From an uncultured Fimbriimonadaceae bacterium (GTDB lineage: Bacteria; Armatimonadota; Fimbriimonadia; Fimbriimonadales; Fimbriimonadaceae), in contig CAZGXW010000001.1 of the NCBI GenBank assembly GCA_964529975.1, forward strand, positions 33,705 through 97,704: DNA of 64,000 nt, given 5' to 3'. The first letter of the stretch is position 1; every line of letters begins with the position of its first letter. A program made the position numbers and the translations under genes. The notes beneath the pieces are model-generated. The model saw only the letters and a list, made by a program, of their open reading frames with translations, ran no database searches and had not been told where the DNA came from. This document shows, in pieces, positions 27,038 to 36,155 of the stretch.

Positions 27038-28386
27038 TACGCCGACCCCTGGACCACGAACCGCTCGTGCAGCACGGCCACCGCCTTGCGTAGTTCCGAT
27101 TCGGGGATCAAGCACGAGAGCGAGTAGTCGCTGTCACTGACCTGCATCACTGGCACGCCGTTCCCGTGCAAGGTCGTCAGCACGCTCTCGAACACACCTG
27201 GCTGCTGCATGTACTCGTGCCCGACAAGTGAGACCATCGTCGCGCCCTCCGTCACGCGGTATGGCACCGCGACGGGGGTTCCCAGCGACCCAAGCAAGCG
27301 CGTTTGCGTCTCAGAGGCGCGCGTCGGCTTGTCGTGGCGGCGTACGACGTAGATCGCGCTGCCGCCGTTCACGATAGGCACCACGAGCCCGTCAAAGAGG
27401 TCCTCGACTCCTGCGAACTGCTCGCGCGGAACCGCGAACCCGATGCTCTCCGGGCTTAGGTCGATCATGTGGAGGCTTGTGCCCTCCTTCGCCAGCGTCT
27501 CGTACACGCGAGCCTGGAACTCCTTGCGGTGCTTCTCGCCGACCGATTCCAGGTCGAACTGGACGTGGACAAGTTTGCCCGTGTGCGAGACGCCGGTGAT
27601 GCGCCGCCCTGGAAACCTGTCCTTGCGCACAATCTCCGTGCCTGGGTGCTCGCTGAACGTGTTCTTGACCCAAAGCGGTACGTCGTACCGCATGGCGATC
27701 TCGGCGGCCCTTGGATGCACGACCTTCGCGCCGAGGTACGCCAACTCTGCGACCTCGTCGTAAGTCACCATCGGAAGCGTGGGCGCGTCGGCCACAAAAT
27801 CCGGGTCGGCGGTCTTGATGCCGTCGACGTCCGTGAAGATCTCGACGGCCTCCGCACGGACCGCCGCACCCACTGCGCTCGCCGTAGTGTCCGAACCACC
27901 TCGGCCAAGCGTCGTGAGTTCTGCGCCCGGCAGGCCGCCTTGCGTCCAGACGCCCTGGAACCCGCACACGACCGGGGTGTGCCCGCGCTTCAAAACCTCG
28001 AACAAGCCAAGCGGGTTGAGCCCAAGGATGCGCGCGTTTCCATAGACCCCGTCGGTCCGGATTCCGGCCTGCCCGCCGCGCATCGACATCGCGCTATGGC
28101 CCAGGGTCTTCAACGTATGCGCGAAAACGACCGATGAAAGGATCTCGCCACAAGCCATCATGAGGTCCATCTCGCGCTGGTCCGGCTCGACGCTCCGGTC
28201 GATGTCCCGCAGCATGTTGATCAGCGTGTCCGTGGCATACGGCTCGCCACGCCGGCCGATTGCACTGACGACCACGACCGGGGTGAACCCCTGCTCGCGC
28301 GCCGAGATCACGCGCATCGCGGCCCTCATGCGCGCTTCGGGAGTGCGCACGCTTGTGCCGCCGAACTTCATGACCTTGATCTTCAC
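27037..28386 (-). CDS. lysC: aspartate kinase
   Basis: VMKFGGTSV, TLGRGGSDTTA, TDVDGIKTADP, and C-terminal ACT repeats. Confidence 0.93.
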   Translation of the reverse strand: MKIKVMKFGGTSVRTPEARMRAAMRVISAREQGFTPVVVVSAIGRRGEPYATDTLINMLRDIDRSVEPDQREMDLMMACGEILSSVVFAHTLKTLGHSAMSMRGGQAGIRTDGVYGNARILGLNPLGLFEVLKRGHTPVVCGFQGVWTQGGLPGAELTTLGRGGSDTTASAVGAAVRAEAVEIFTDVDGIKTADPDFVADAPTLPMVTYDEVAELAYLGAKVVHPRAAEIAMRYDVPLWVKNTFSEHPGTEIVRKDRFPGRRITGVSHTGKLVHVQFDLESVGEKHRKEFQARVYETLAKEGTSLHMIDLSPESIGFAVPREQFAGVEDLFDGLVVPIVNGGSAIYVVRRHDKPTRASETQTRLLGSLGTPVAVPYRVTEGATMVSLVGHEYMQQPGVFESVLTTLHGNGVPVMQVSDSDYSLSCLIPESELRKAVAVLHERFVVQGSA

Positions 28387-28925
28387 TCGCCGACCTCCCC
28401 AATCCGAGCGCGGAGAGACTCGGCCAAACGCGCGCCTGTCGCCTCGTCCGTGACCAAGAGGAGCCGGTCGTGCATATCGCCCACGTGGTCGACGTCTTCC
28501 CCGCTTGCGATGACTTCGCTCACGATCCTGGCCACTAGCCCCTCCTCGTCCTGCATGTTCACGGCATGCACGCTCACGATGCAGCAGCCCGCTTCGATCT
28601 CCGCCTTTCCGTTGACTTTCGAAAGCGCGTCTCCCAGCGCCTTGTGCTGGGCCTCTTCCGCGACGAACGACACCGCGTCGTGGGCAAACTTGAGGAAGTC
28701 GATGCTCACCCCGGCTTCGCGGACGGCCTTGAGCACGGCTAGACGCGACTCGAACACAGGCTCGGGAAGGTCGGAAACGTGCGCGCGGGTCAGCCCGCCC
28801 CGGACCTCGACCGCGTTGATGCCGCGACGTTTCTCAAACTCCGTCTCGCCGACCCCCTGGGAGTCTTTGACCCGGTCGCTCGCGTCCTGGCGGAGCGGTT
28901 CCCTCTCGTCGTCCTTGGTGCGCAC
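28383..28925 (-). CDS. stand-alone ACT-domain protein, translationally coupled to aspartate kinase
   Basis: Two ACT-like beta-alpha-beta-beta-alpha-beta units (LTRAHVSDLPE...LKAVREAGVSIDFL; CIVSVHAVNM...ARIVSEVIASGEDVDHV). 4-nt overlap with the lysC start. True start may be internal. Confidence 0.6.
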   Translation of the reverse strand: MRTKDDEREPLRQDASDRVKDSQGVGETEFEKRRGINAVEVRGGLTRAHVSDLPEPVFESRLAVLKAVREAGVSIDFLKFAHDAVSFVAEEAQHKALGDALSKVNGKAEIEAGCCIVSVHAVNMQDEEGLVARIVSEVIASGEDVDHVGDMHDRLLLVTDEATGARLAESLRARIGEVGE

Positions 28926-28958
28926 CTCGGGCGTGTTATACCGCCGCGTTCGAACCTG

Positions 28959-29909
28959 CTATGAGCCAAAGAGGGCGTCAGCCTCGTCCCACGCGGTCTG
29001 AGGGATATCGAGCCCGCTGGCCGCCGCGTTCTCCTCGATCTGGGCCAGTTTCGTGGCCCCGACGATCACGCTGCTGACGCCTGGCTGCCTCAGGCACCAG
29101 GCAAGCGCGAACTGCCCCACCGTGCATCCGTTCTTCTGCGCCACCGCCTCCAATCGCTGGACCTTGCCCAGGGTCTCGTCCGTGAGAAGGTTCTGCATGA
29201 ACATGTTCGACTTCTCGTCTGCGCCACGGGACCCTGTCGGCAGCGGTGCACCGGGCTTGTACTTCCCGGTGAGCACCCCTTGCGCGAGCGGGGAGAACAC
29301 GACCTGCCCCAGACCGTGCCTCTCGCAGGTCGGAAGCACCTCGGCCTCGATATAACGGTTGACCATGTTGTACACGGGCTGGTTGCTCACGGGCGGGCTG
29401 CAACCAAGTTCCCGGGCGACATGGCACGCTTCAGCGATGCGCGAAGCAGGCCATTCACTCACTCCCCAATACAACGCCTTGCCTTGCCGGATCATATCGT
29501 CCATCGCGCGGACAGTCTCCTCGATCGGCACGCTAGGGTCGTTTCGGTGGCACTGCATCAGGTCCACGTAGTCCATGTCCAGCCGCTTGAGCGACGCGTG
29601 CAGGCTTTCGACGATGTGCTTGCGACTGAGGCCCCGGTCGTTTGGCTCGTCCGACATCGGGAAGTAACACTTAGTTGCAATGAACAGGCTTTCACGGCGC
29701 ATGCCCTTGGTGGCCCGCGCAAGCGCCTTCTCGGCCTCGCCACGGTTGTACACGTCAGCCGTGTCGAAGAAGTTGATGCCCAGTTCGAAGGCGCGGTGGA
29801 CGATCGCTGAGGTCGTGTCGTCGTCGATCGAGCGTCCGTGAGTCAGCCAGCCGCCAAGGGCGACCTCGCTGACCTTCACACCCCACTTGCCCAACTGCCT
29901 GTAGTTCAT
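28959..29909 (-). CDS. aldo/keto reductase
   Basis: MNYRQLGKWGVKVSEVALGGW, FDTADVY and WGVSEW motifs, 316 aa. Confidence 0.9.
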   Translation of the reverse strand: MNYRQLGKWGVKVSEVALGGWLTHGRSIDDDTTSAIVHRAFELGINFFDTADVYNRGEAEKALARATKGMRRESLFIATKCYFPMSDEPNDRGLSRKHIVESLHASLKRLDMDYVDLMQCHRNDPSVPIEETVRAMDDMIRQGKALYWGVSEWPASRIAEACHVARELGCSPPVSNQPVYNMVNRYIEAEVLPTCERHGLGQVVFSPLAQGVLTGKYKPGAPLPTGSRGADEKSNMFMQNLLTDETLGKVQRLEAVAQKNGCTVGQFALAWCLRQPGVSSVIVGATKLAQIEENAAASGLDIPQTAWDEADALFGS

Positions 29910-29918
29910 GCGCAGAGT

Positions 29919-31862
29919 CTAGCGCACGAACTCGCCTAGTGCCGCCCGCTCGAAGTCGGAGACGTCCTTGACCAGGCCCTTGTTCGCCGCGTCGGCGAGG
30001 AGCAGTTTCCACTTGTGGTTGAGGTCTTTCGACATCTCGGCCCACTCCTGCTCGGTGTAGGGCTCCTGGTTGCTCAAGGCGTCGCGAAAACGCTTGTCGC
30101 TGAACACGAGGTTGACGTATGCGTGCGTGAACCCGAGTTCCTTCATCTTCGCGGCATACTCCTCGCCAGAACTCAGGCTCTCGTAGGGGATGAACATCGA
30201 ATGCCCCGGGTTAGCCCAGAAGTACGGCACGTCCAAGTAGAACCCGAACACCTCGTCGTACAGTGCGACCTTGCTGCCTACCGGCAGGGCGTTCATCGTC
30301 TTGGTCGCAGAATAGAACGGGGCGAGCGTCGCCGAAAGGTACTCATCCTCGCTAACCTTTCCTGTCACGACCTGCAGTTGCATCTTCGTCTGCATCGTGT
30401 TGATCAGGTAGACGGTCACACCCGCCTGCAACGCGAGCGCTCCGGCGAGCACAGGGCCCCACCGCACTCGCGAGACCATGCCGGCGCCGAGCACGCCAAG
30501 CGGGATCGCGAGCATCGTCAGATAGCGGCTTTGCTGCGACAAGAAGAACCACATCAAGAACCCGAGCCCGACAATCGCAAGGATGAGCCGCTCTTCCCTC
30601 CTGAGTCGGCCGCTTGTCGCCGCGCACACTCCGGCAAGTAGCGCCGCGAAGCCGATCGCCCCCGTCGGAAAGCCGCCGCCTGTGTCCTGCCTCGGGTTGG
30701 TGTACCGCCCTGGCTGGTATCCGAGTCCCAGCACCGCATGGCCAAGGTTTCCAATGGAAGACCCAACGCCGAACGACTTCTGCTCGGCCTTGTAGATCTC
30801 TGCGCGCCACGCGTCCCAATCCCTGCCGCCAAGCACGCTGCTAAAGAACGGGTACACAGGGTTTCCCGTGTAGACCGCCGTCTTGATGTACCACGGTCCC
30901 GCAATGGCTAGCGCAACCAGAACGACTGTCAAACTGGCCCGCACGGCATTTGCGAATACTCCCCCTCGCCCCTCTGGGGGAGAGGGGGCTGGGGGGTGAG
31001 GGGTCTGTCCAACAAGCGCCGCAACACCGACGACGACAGCAACGGCGAACAACACTTGGAGACCCGTGTACTTCGTCCCTAGTGCGAACCCGAGACAAAC
31101 CCCCGCAAGGACGTACATCGGTCGACCGCCGAAACGGTACGCCTCTACCGCGTAGCACGCGCCGAGCGCTGCATAAAGCCCGTGCGCGACGTCGATGTAC
31201 CCCGTGCCGCTCTCCCAAGCAACGACCGGTATTCCCGCAAACGCAATCGCAGCCCACCAACCTGCACCTCGCGAGTACCACCGGCGCGCAAGCCCGAACA
31301 GCGCGAGGCATCCGAACACGTACACCATCAGTGAGAACGTCTTAGCGCCGCTCTGACCGCCCCACTCCAGTCCCCACATGAACAGCATCTCCATGGTCGA
31401 CGGGAAGTTCGAGTGATGGATGCCCTGGATGTATCCGATCTGTCCTTGCTGCAGCCAAAGTTTCGGGACTGCGAGGTGATAGGCGATCGTGTCCCAGTCC
31501 GTGCCGACGCTCGGCGCAAGCACGGCAATCAGAGCGAGGAGGCCAATTACGACGAGCGCTGCGACAGCGAGCAGTTCTGGCGCGCCTTGGAGGCTAGGTT
31601 TGAGGCCGTTCAGTGCGCCGCTCTTGACCGCAACGACGGAGAGAGCAAGGAGCACGGCCAGCACGGCGAAAAGCGCAAAGCCAAGCCCACCGGGGAGCAG
31701 CCCGACAAGAAGCGTAACGAGCCCTGCGATCCCGAACCCGACCAATCCCCCAACACCCAGGCGTTCGCTCGGGTCGAGCCCTTCGGCGAACCTGCGTACG
31801 ACCGCCGTCCCCGCCGCCGCTGCAAGCAGCGAGAAAAGGGCCGTCCACAGCACACCGAGCAT
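29919..31862 (-). CDS. polytopic membrane protein, putative GT-C fold glycosyltransferase (PMT/ArnT-like)
   Basis: At least 10 TM segments followed by a soluble C-terminal domain. Start set to ATG 31862 (MLGVLWTALF), because the upstream Gly/Lys-rich extension comes from a polypurine tract. Confidence 0.65.
   Translation of the reverse strand: MLGVLWTALFSLLAAAAGTAVVRRFAEGLDPSERLGVGGLVGFGIAGLVTLLVGLLPGGLGFALFAVLAVLLALSVVAVKSGALNGLKPSLQGAPELLAVAALVVIGLLALIAVLAPSVGTDWDTIAYHLAVPKLWLQQGQIGYIQGIHHSNFPSTMEMLFMWGLEWGGQSGAKTFSLMVYVFGCLALFGLARRWYSRGAGWWAAIAFAGIPVVAWESGTGYIDVAHGLYAALGACYAVEAYRFGGRPMYVLAGVCLGFALGTKYTGLQVLFAVAVVVGVAALVGQTPHPPAPSPPEGRGGVFANAVRASLTVVLVALAIAGPWYIKTAVYTGNPVYPFFSSVLGGRDWDAWRAEIYKAEQKSFGVGSSIGNLGHAVLGLGYQPGRYTNPRQDTGGGFPTGAIGFAALLAGVCAATSGRLRREERLILAIVGLGFLMWFFLSQQSRYLTMLAIPLGVLGAGMVSRVRWGPVLAGALALQAGVTVYLINTMQTKMQLQVVTGKVSEDEYLSATLAPFYSATKTMNALPVGSKVALYDEVFGFYLDVPYFWANPGHSMFIPYESLSSGEEYAAKMKELGFTHAYVNLVFSDKRFRDALSNQEPYTEQEWAEMSKDLNHKWKLLLADAANKGLVKDVSDFERAALGEFVR
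30961..31008. repeat. GC-rich imperfect palindromic element lying in frame inside the GT-C gene
   Basis: ccccctcgcccc-tct-gggggagaggggg, then ctggggggtgagggg. It translates on the minus strand as PHPPAPSPPEGRGG in a loop between hydrophobic segments. Confidence 0.4.
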
Positions 31863-31956
31863 CACAGGAGTATAGACGTCGCTTCCCCCACTCTTCTCTC
31901 CGCCCCCGCTCCCTTTCCGCCCCTTCCCCACTCTCCTCCCCGGTACTCTCTCGTCC

Positions 31957-32742
31957 TTGCGCCGCATCCTCGCCGTCTACAAGGTCTTCCTCACGTCTTC
32001 GCTGGTTCGCGAACTGGAGTTCCGCGCCAACTTCATCGCGAAGATCGTGCAGAACATGGTGTGGGTCGGATGGTTCCTCATGGTGCTGCTCGTCGTATAC
32101 CGCAATACCGACAGCGTCGCAGGGTGGGGAAAGGGCGAGGGGTTCGTCCTTGGAGCGACCACGTTCCTCCTTAGTGCCGTACACGGTCTGTTCTTCCGGT
32201 CGATGCTCGAGATCCCGGACATGATCCGCAAGGGAACGCTCGACTTTGTGCTGACCAAGCCCGTCGATTCGCAGTTCTGGGCCTCGACGCGCCGGTTCAA
32301 CTTCGACCAGATCGGATCGTTCGTGGCAGGCTCGCTCATGCTCTGGTACGGCCTGGCGCAGTTCGGCCAGGCGACGAGCGTGCTCCAATGGCTGGGTTTC
32401 GTCTCCTTGTTTGTCAGTGCGCTTGCACTGTTCTACAGCATGAACGCCGTGTTCATGATCACCAGCGTCTGGTTCGTCCGCGTCGACAACCTTTGGGTGC
32501 TCAGCGAGACTTCGCTGGACATCTCGCGCTTCCCGATCGACATATTCACCGCGTCTGTCCAGCGCGCGCTCATCTACTTTCTCCCCCTCGCGTTCTTGGC
32601 AACGATGCCAGCAAGACAACTCGTCCGGGGCTTCGACCCTGCGATGGTCGCCTTGGGACTCGCGTGGGCCATCGCCGCGCTTATCGTTTCACGCTTCTTC
32701 TGGCTCTACGCCCTCCGCTCCTACAGCAGCGCGTCCTCCTAG
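31957..32742 (+). CDS. ABC-2 family transporter permease (DUF990-like)
   Basis: TTG start. (M)RRILAVYKVFLTSSLVRELEFRANF N-terminus and 6 TM topology are typical of the ABC2_membrane_6 type. No adjacent ATPase. Confidence 0.65.
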   Translation: MRRILAVYKVFLTSSLVRELEFRANFIAKIVQNMVWVGWFLMVLLVVYRNTDSVAGWGKGEGFVLGATTFLLSAVHGLFFRSMLEIPDMIRKGTLDFVLTKPVDSQFWASTRRFNFDQIGSFVAGSLMLWYGLAQFGQATSVLQWLGFVSLFVSALALFYSMNAVFMITSVWFVRVDNLWVLSETSLDISRFPIDIFTASVQRALIYFLPLAFLATMPARQLVRGFDPAMVALGLAWAIAALIVSRFFWLYALRSYSSASS

Positions 32743-32858
32743 CCCAAACGTCCCAAAAGGCTTGACTTCATATGTCATAATGTCAATGTAATCGCACTTT
32801 GACAGCCTCATAGTGGACAGTTCATAAGGGGATATGAGACGGGTAAAGAGCACCCAGG

Positions 32859-32877
32859 TTCCCGTTTTAAACGGGAA
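32859..32877. terminator. short hairpin downstream of the lptD-like gene
   Basis: ttcccgtt-tta-aacgggaa, an 8-bp stem, between convergent genes. Confidence 0.4.
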
Positions 32878-32889
32878 TTCGCGAACTTT

Positions 32890-35088
32890 CTAGAACCCCA
32901 TCCCGGTACCGCCGCCGATCGCTTGGCCCCGCGTTCCGCTTCCAAACGGCGACCGCGTCGGAAACGCCTTCAGACGGAGGAACAGCGAGATCTGGCGCCC
33001 AGACCGAAAACCGACGTTGTTGTCCATGAAGTCGAGCACCAGCTCGGCCTCGTGCAGGTCGTAGATCACGCTGTAGTGCTGCGCTTCGAACCGCTGGCTG
33101 TAACCGTTGTAGTCCAGAGCAGTTCCGAAAGTCGTCTTCCCGATCCTCAACCCTTCCAGGAAAACGGAGCCCGAAGCCCAAACAGAACGACGTCCGTCGA
33201 ACCTGGTTCCAATCCCAAACCGCGTGTCCCCGCTGACATAACTTGCGTCCATCCGAAGGTTGTTCCAAACCTGGTTGAACGTGTCATAAGTGCTGCTGGT
33301 GCGGACCTGCAGAGCCTTGCTTGGGTTCCACGCGGTCTGGATCCACACCTGCTGCCAAGGGACGTTCCCGCGGTCCGCCTGCAGAACGTCGTACCCCGTT
33401 CGCGCGGTCATCGAAAAGGCCTTAGTGAGTTGGTAGACCAGGTTCATCGAGAATGCGTCGTTCCGACCCGTCCGATCCATCGAGAGAGGTGTGAAACCGA
33501 ACGATCTTCGGTTGCGATATCCGAGTTCGAACCGCGACTTCGAGTCAAAGTTGTAGATCCAACCTAGGTTGTAATCGAGGATGTACTGGGCGGTGTCGTC
33601 GCTATAGATGCCCTGCTTGAAAGCCCCCTGCCACCTGAGGGCGCTTCGGCCCTTCGTGTCGGTCCGGGCCATGCCGAAGTTGAAGTCGAACCTGGAGATC
33701 GAGCCTCCTGAAGCGGGATCGGCCAATTCGCCAACGCTCATCTCGGTCGTGAACGGCCATAGCCTGGCGACCCTTGCATCGAGCAACCGCCTTGCATCGG
33801 TCTTGAGGACCAGCATGGGAGTGCGATCGGTCGAACTGAAGAAGTTCTCCGTGTCTCCGATCGGGATGCTGCGCATGTACAGCAGGTCAGCGGTGAACGA
33901 CCTCAGGTCCGTGCGCCCCGTGAACCGGATGTCTAGGCGGTCGCTGCTCGTCGCACTGGAAGTCGAGTTCGTCTCCGAACGCGCCAAGTTCGCATCGAAC
34001 TGGGTCGTGAGCCACTTGCTCCACGGTCTTGCGTCGCTCATCGAGAGCGTCTGAGTCAGAGAACTGAATCCAGGACGGTCGTTCCCAACACGGAACCATG
34101 AGAACCGCGTCGTCCCCAATCCAGTTGGAAGGACGTACTGCATCCGCGTGTTGACCGAAGTCGTTTGAGGCGCGGTAAGGTAGTTGCGCTGCTGGTAGTT
34201 GGCGTCGAACAGCAAGTTTCCTGAACCGACTTTCTGCTTGTGGTTCGCACTGATCGTGCTCGACTTCTCCGGCCCTAGAACGGAATACGCCTTGAGCACT
34301 CCGTCCAATCCGCCCGCCTCGTAGAAGTAGTCCACTCCGAGCGCGGGACCGAGCCGCGTCATGTAGTCGACCCTCGTGTCAAAGTAACTCTCTCCGGGGA
34401 GTGGCGTGCTGATCCGCGTCTTGACGTACTGCCCTTCGTCCGGGCTTTGACCGACATCGGGAAGGTACTTGGTGCCGTTCTCGATAAGCGGAATGACCAA
34501 GTAGGGGAGCCCGAGGATCGTGTTGCCGAGAACCTCTAGCCGGACGTTCCGCAGTTCGACGTACCTGCCCGGCCGGATGTGGGAAGAGCCCACGACGAAC
34601 TTCGAGTGCGGATGCTCAAGGTCGCACGTCGTGAGCTGTCCCTTCTTGATCGTAAAGGAGTTCGCTGTGCCGCTGCCAGATGCACTGTCTACGAACACCG
34701 GCTTTTGCGCTTGGCCTTGCAGAGTCTCCGGCGAGAGCGTCGCCTTACCGTCTTCGAACGAATAGGTGTCGGACTTGAAGTCGACGACAATCAACCCACC
34801 AAGGACTTCAGAGCCCTTGCCTACCAGTCTTGCCTTGCCTTCTAGCCGAAAGATCTGGGTTCTCTTGTTCCCAACGAGCCGTTCCGCATAGATGTCGTAG
34901 CCCTTGAACCTCGCGTGGATGTTGCCGGTCGCTCTGACGTCGTCTCCATCAAACGTCGCTTCGTCCGCATGGACGAGTTCGAACTCCTGCTTCTTCTGCG
35001 GATCGCTAGGTGGGAGCGGGTTTTGGTGCGTTTGCGCTTGGACGACTGCGGCGAGCGCGAGCGCGGCGAAGAGGACTCGGCCCCTCAC
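32890..35088 (-). CDS. LptD/OstA-like outer-membrane LPS-assembly protein
   Basis: GTG start at 35088 (GTGA overlap with the upstream stop, GGAGGG SD). Signal peptide RGRVLFAALALAAVVQAQ, an OstA-like N-terminal beta-jellyroll (VHADEATFDGDD...ATGNIHARFKGYDIYAERL) and a large beta-barrel-like C-terminus ending in F. Confidence 0.75.
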   Translation of the reverse strand: MRGRVLFAALALAAVVQAQTHQNPLPPSDPQKKQEFELVHADEATFDGDDVRATGNIHARFKGYDIYAERLVGNKRTQIFRLEGKARLVGKGSEVLGGLIVVDFKSDTYSFEDGKATLSPETLQGQAQKPVFVDSASGSGTANSFTIKKGQLTTCDLEHPHSKFVVGSSHIRPGRYVELRNVRLEVLGNTILGLPYLVIPLIENGTKYLPDVGQSPDEGQYVKTRISTPLPGESYFDTRVDYMTRLGPALGVDYFYEAGGLDGVLKAYSVLGPEKSSTISANHKQKVGSGNLLFDANYQQRNYLTAPQTTSVNTRMQYVLPTGLGTTRFSWFRVGNDRPGFSSLTQTLSMSDARPWSKWLTTQFDANLARSETNSTSSATSSDRLDIRFTGRTDLRSFTADLLYMRSIPIGDTENFFSSTDRTPMLVLKTDARRLLDARVARLWPFTTEMSVGELADPASGGSISRFDFNFGMARTDTKGRSALRWQGAFKQGIYSDDTAQYILDYNLGWIYNFDSKSRFELGYRNRRSFGFTPLSMDRTGRNDAFSMNLVYQLTKAFSMTARTGYDVLQADRGNVPWQQVWIQTAWNPSKALQVRTSSTYDTFNQVWNNLRMDASYVSGDTRFGIGTRFDGRRSVWASGSVFLEGLRIGKTTFGTALDYNGYSQRFEAQHYSVIYDLHEAELVLDFMDNNVGFRSGRQISLFLRLKAFPTRSPFGSGTRGQAIGGGTGMGF

Positions 35089-36155
35089 TCCGCCCTCCAA
35101 ATGAGAACGAGCGCGACGAGCCCGTAGAGCACGTCCGGCAGCCAGGCCGAGAGCATCGGCGGCAGCCACCCGTTCCTTCCAATGATCTCGGTGCTCACGA
35201 TATGGACGTTGTAGAACAACATGACCAGACCCATGCTGACAATGAGCCCGACGAACGGGCCGCTGCGCATCATCGTCACAGCGAACGCCGCGCTTGCGAG
35301 CGCGAAAACGATGCACGAGGCGGGGAGCGAGAACTTGACGTAGTAGGCGACCTCTAGGATCGATGTGTCGGCCCTTGCGGCTTTTCCTGCAACGATCGCC
35401 TTCCTCAGGGCGGAGGCCGTCTCCTCGTCGGGGGTCGGTTGCGCGAAGAGGTCGGGGACGCGGATCCGTTCGTTGATGACCATTTGCACCGAGTGGGTCG
35501 CGATCAGGTCGGTACCGCTCATCTTCCACGCATACGTGTTAGGGATCGTCCAGACGCCGTCGTCGTAGACGCCCTCAGCGGCGATGTAGAGCCACGTCTC
35601 ACCCGCCTTTGGCCTCTCGAATATGACGACGTCCTTGAGCAGCACCGTCCCTTCCCTAGTGCGCTGGATCGTGCCGAAACTCGCCGTGTAGCGATCGAGT
35701 TGGAGCATGACGTTTGACTTGAACGCGGGCGCAGAACCGAGGACGCTCGCCCTCCCCGTCACGTTGCGATACTGCTTCGCGGCTGGGGGGATGAGTTTCT
35801 CAACGATGAGGAAGTTAGCAACTCCGACGATGAGGCCCACGAGCAGAATGGGCAGGAATACCCGCCTGATGGGAACGCCTGCGGCCCTCATGGCCGTGAT
35901 CTCGCTCTCCCGCGCCAACCTGGAGACCGCAAGAGCGACTCCGATCGCTGTTCCGCTCGGCAGGGTGAGGCTGAGCCAGTACGGCATTCGGTAGAGGACC
36001 ATTTGGAGGATTGCGGCAACCGGCAGGCGCGAGACTTCAAAACTCTTGAAGATCGCGATGAACTCGTTGGCCATGAAGAGGAGCGCGATGACGACGGTCC
36101 CCACCAGCATTGGTGTGGCCATCTCTTTGAGGATGTAGCGGTCGAGTCGCTTCAT
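35085..36155 (-). CDS. LptF/LptG family permease
   Basis: MKRLDRYILKEMATPMLVGTVVIALLFMANEF N-terminus, a periplasmic beta-jellyroll insert and 6 TM segments. Confidence 0.85.
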   Translation of the reverse strand: MKRLDRYILKEMATPMLVGTVVIALLFMANEFIAIFKSFEVSRLPVAAILQMVLYRMPYWLSLTLPSGTAIGVALAVSRLARESEITAMRAAGVPIRRVFLPILLVGLIVGVANFLIVEKLIPPAAKQYRNVTGRASVLGSAPAFKSNVMLQLDRYTASFGTIQRTREGTVLLKDVVIFERPKAGETWLYIAAEGVYDDGVWTIPNTYAWKMSGTDLIATHSVQMVINERIRVPDLFAQPTPDEETASALRKAIVAGKAARADTSILEVAYYVKFSLPASCIVFALASAAFAVTMMRSGPFVGLIVSMGLVMLFYNVHIVSTEIIGRNGWLPPMLSAWLPDVLYGLVALVLIWRAE

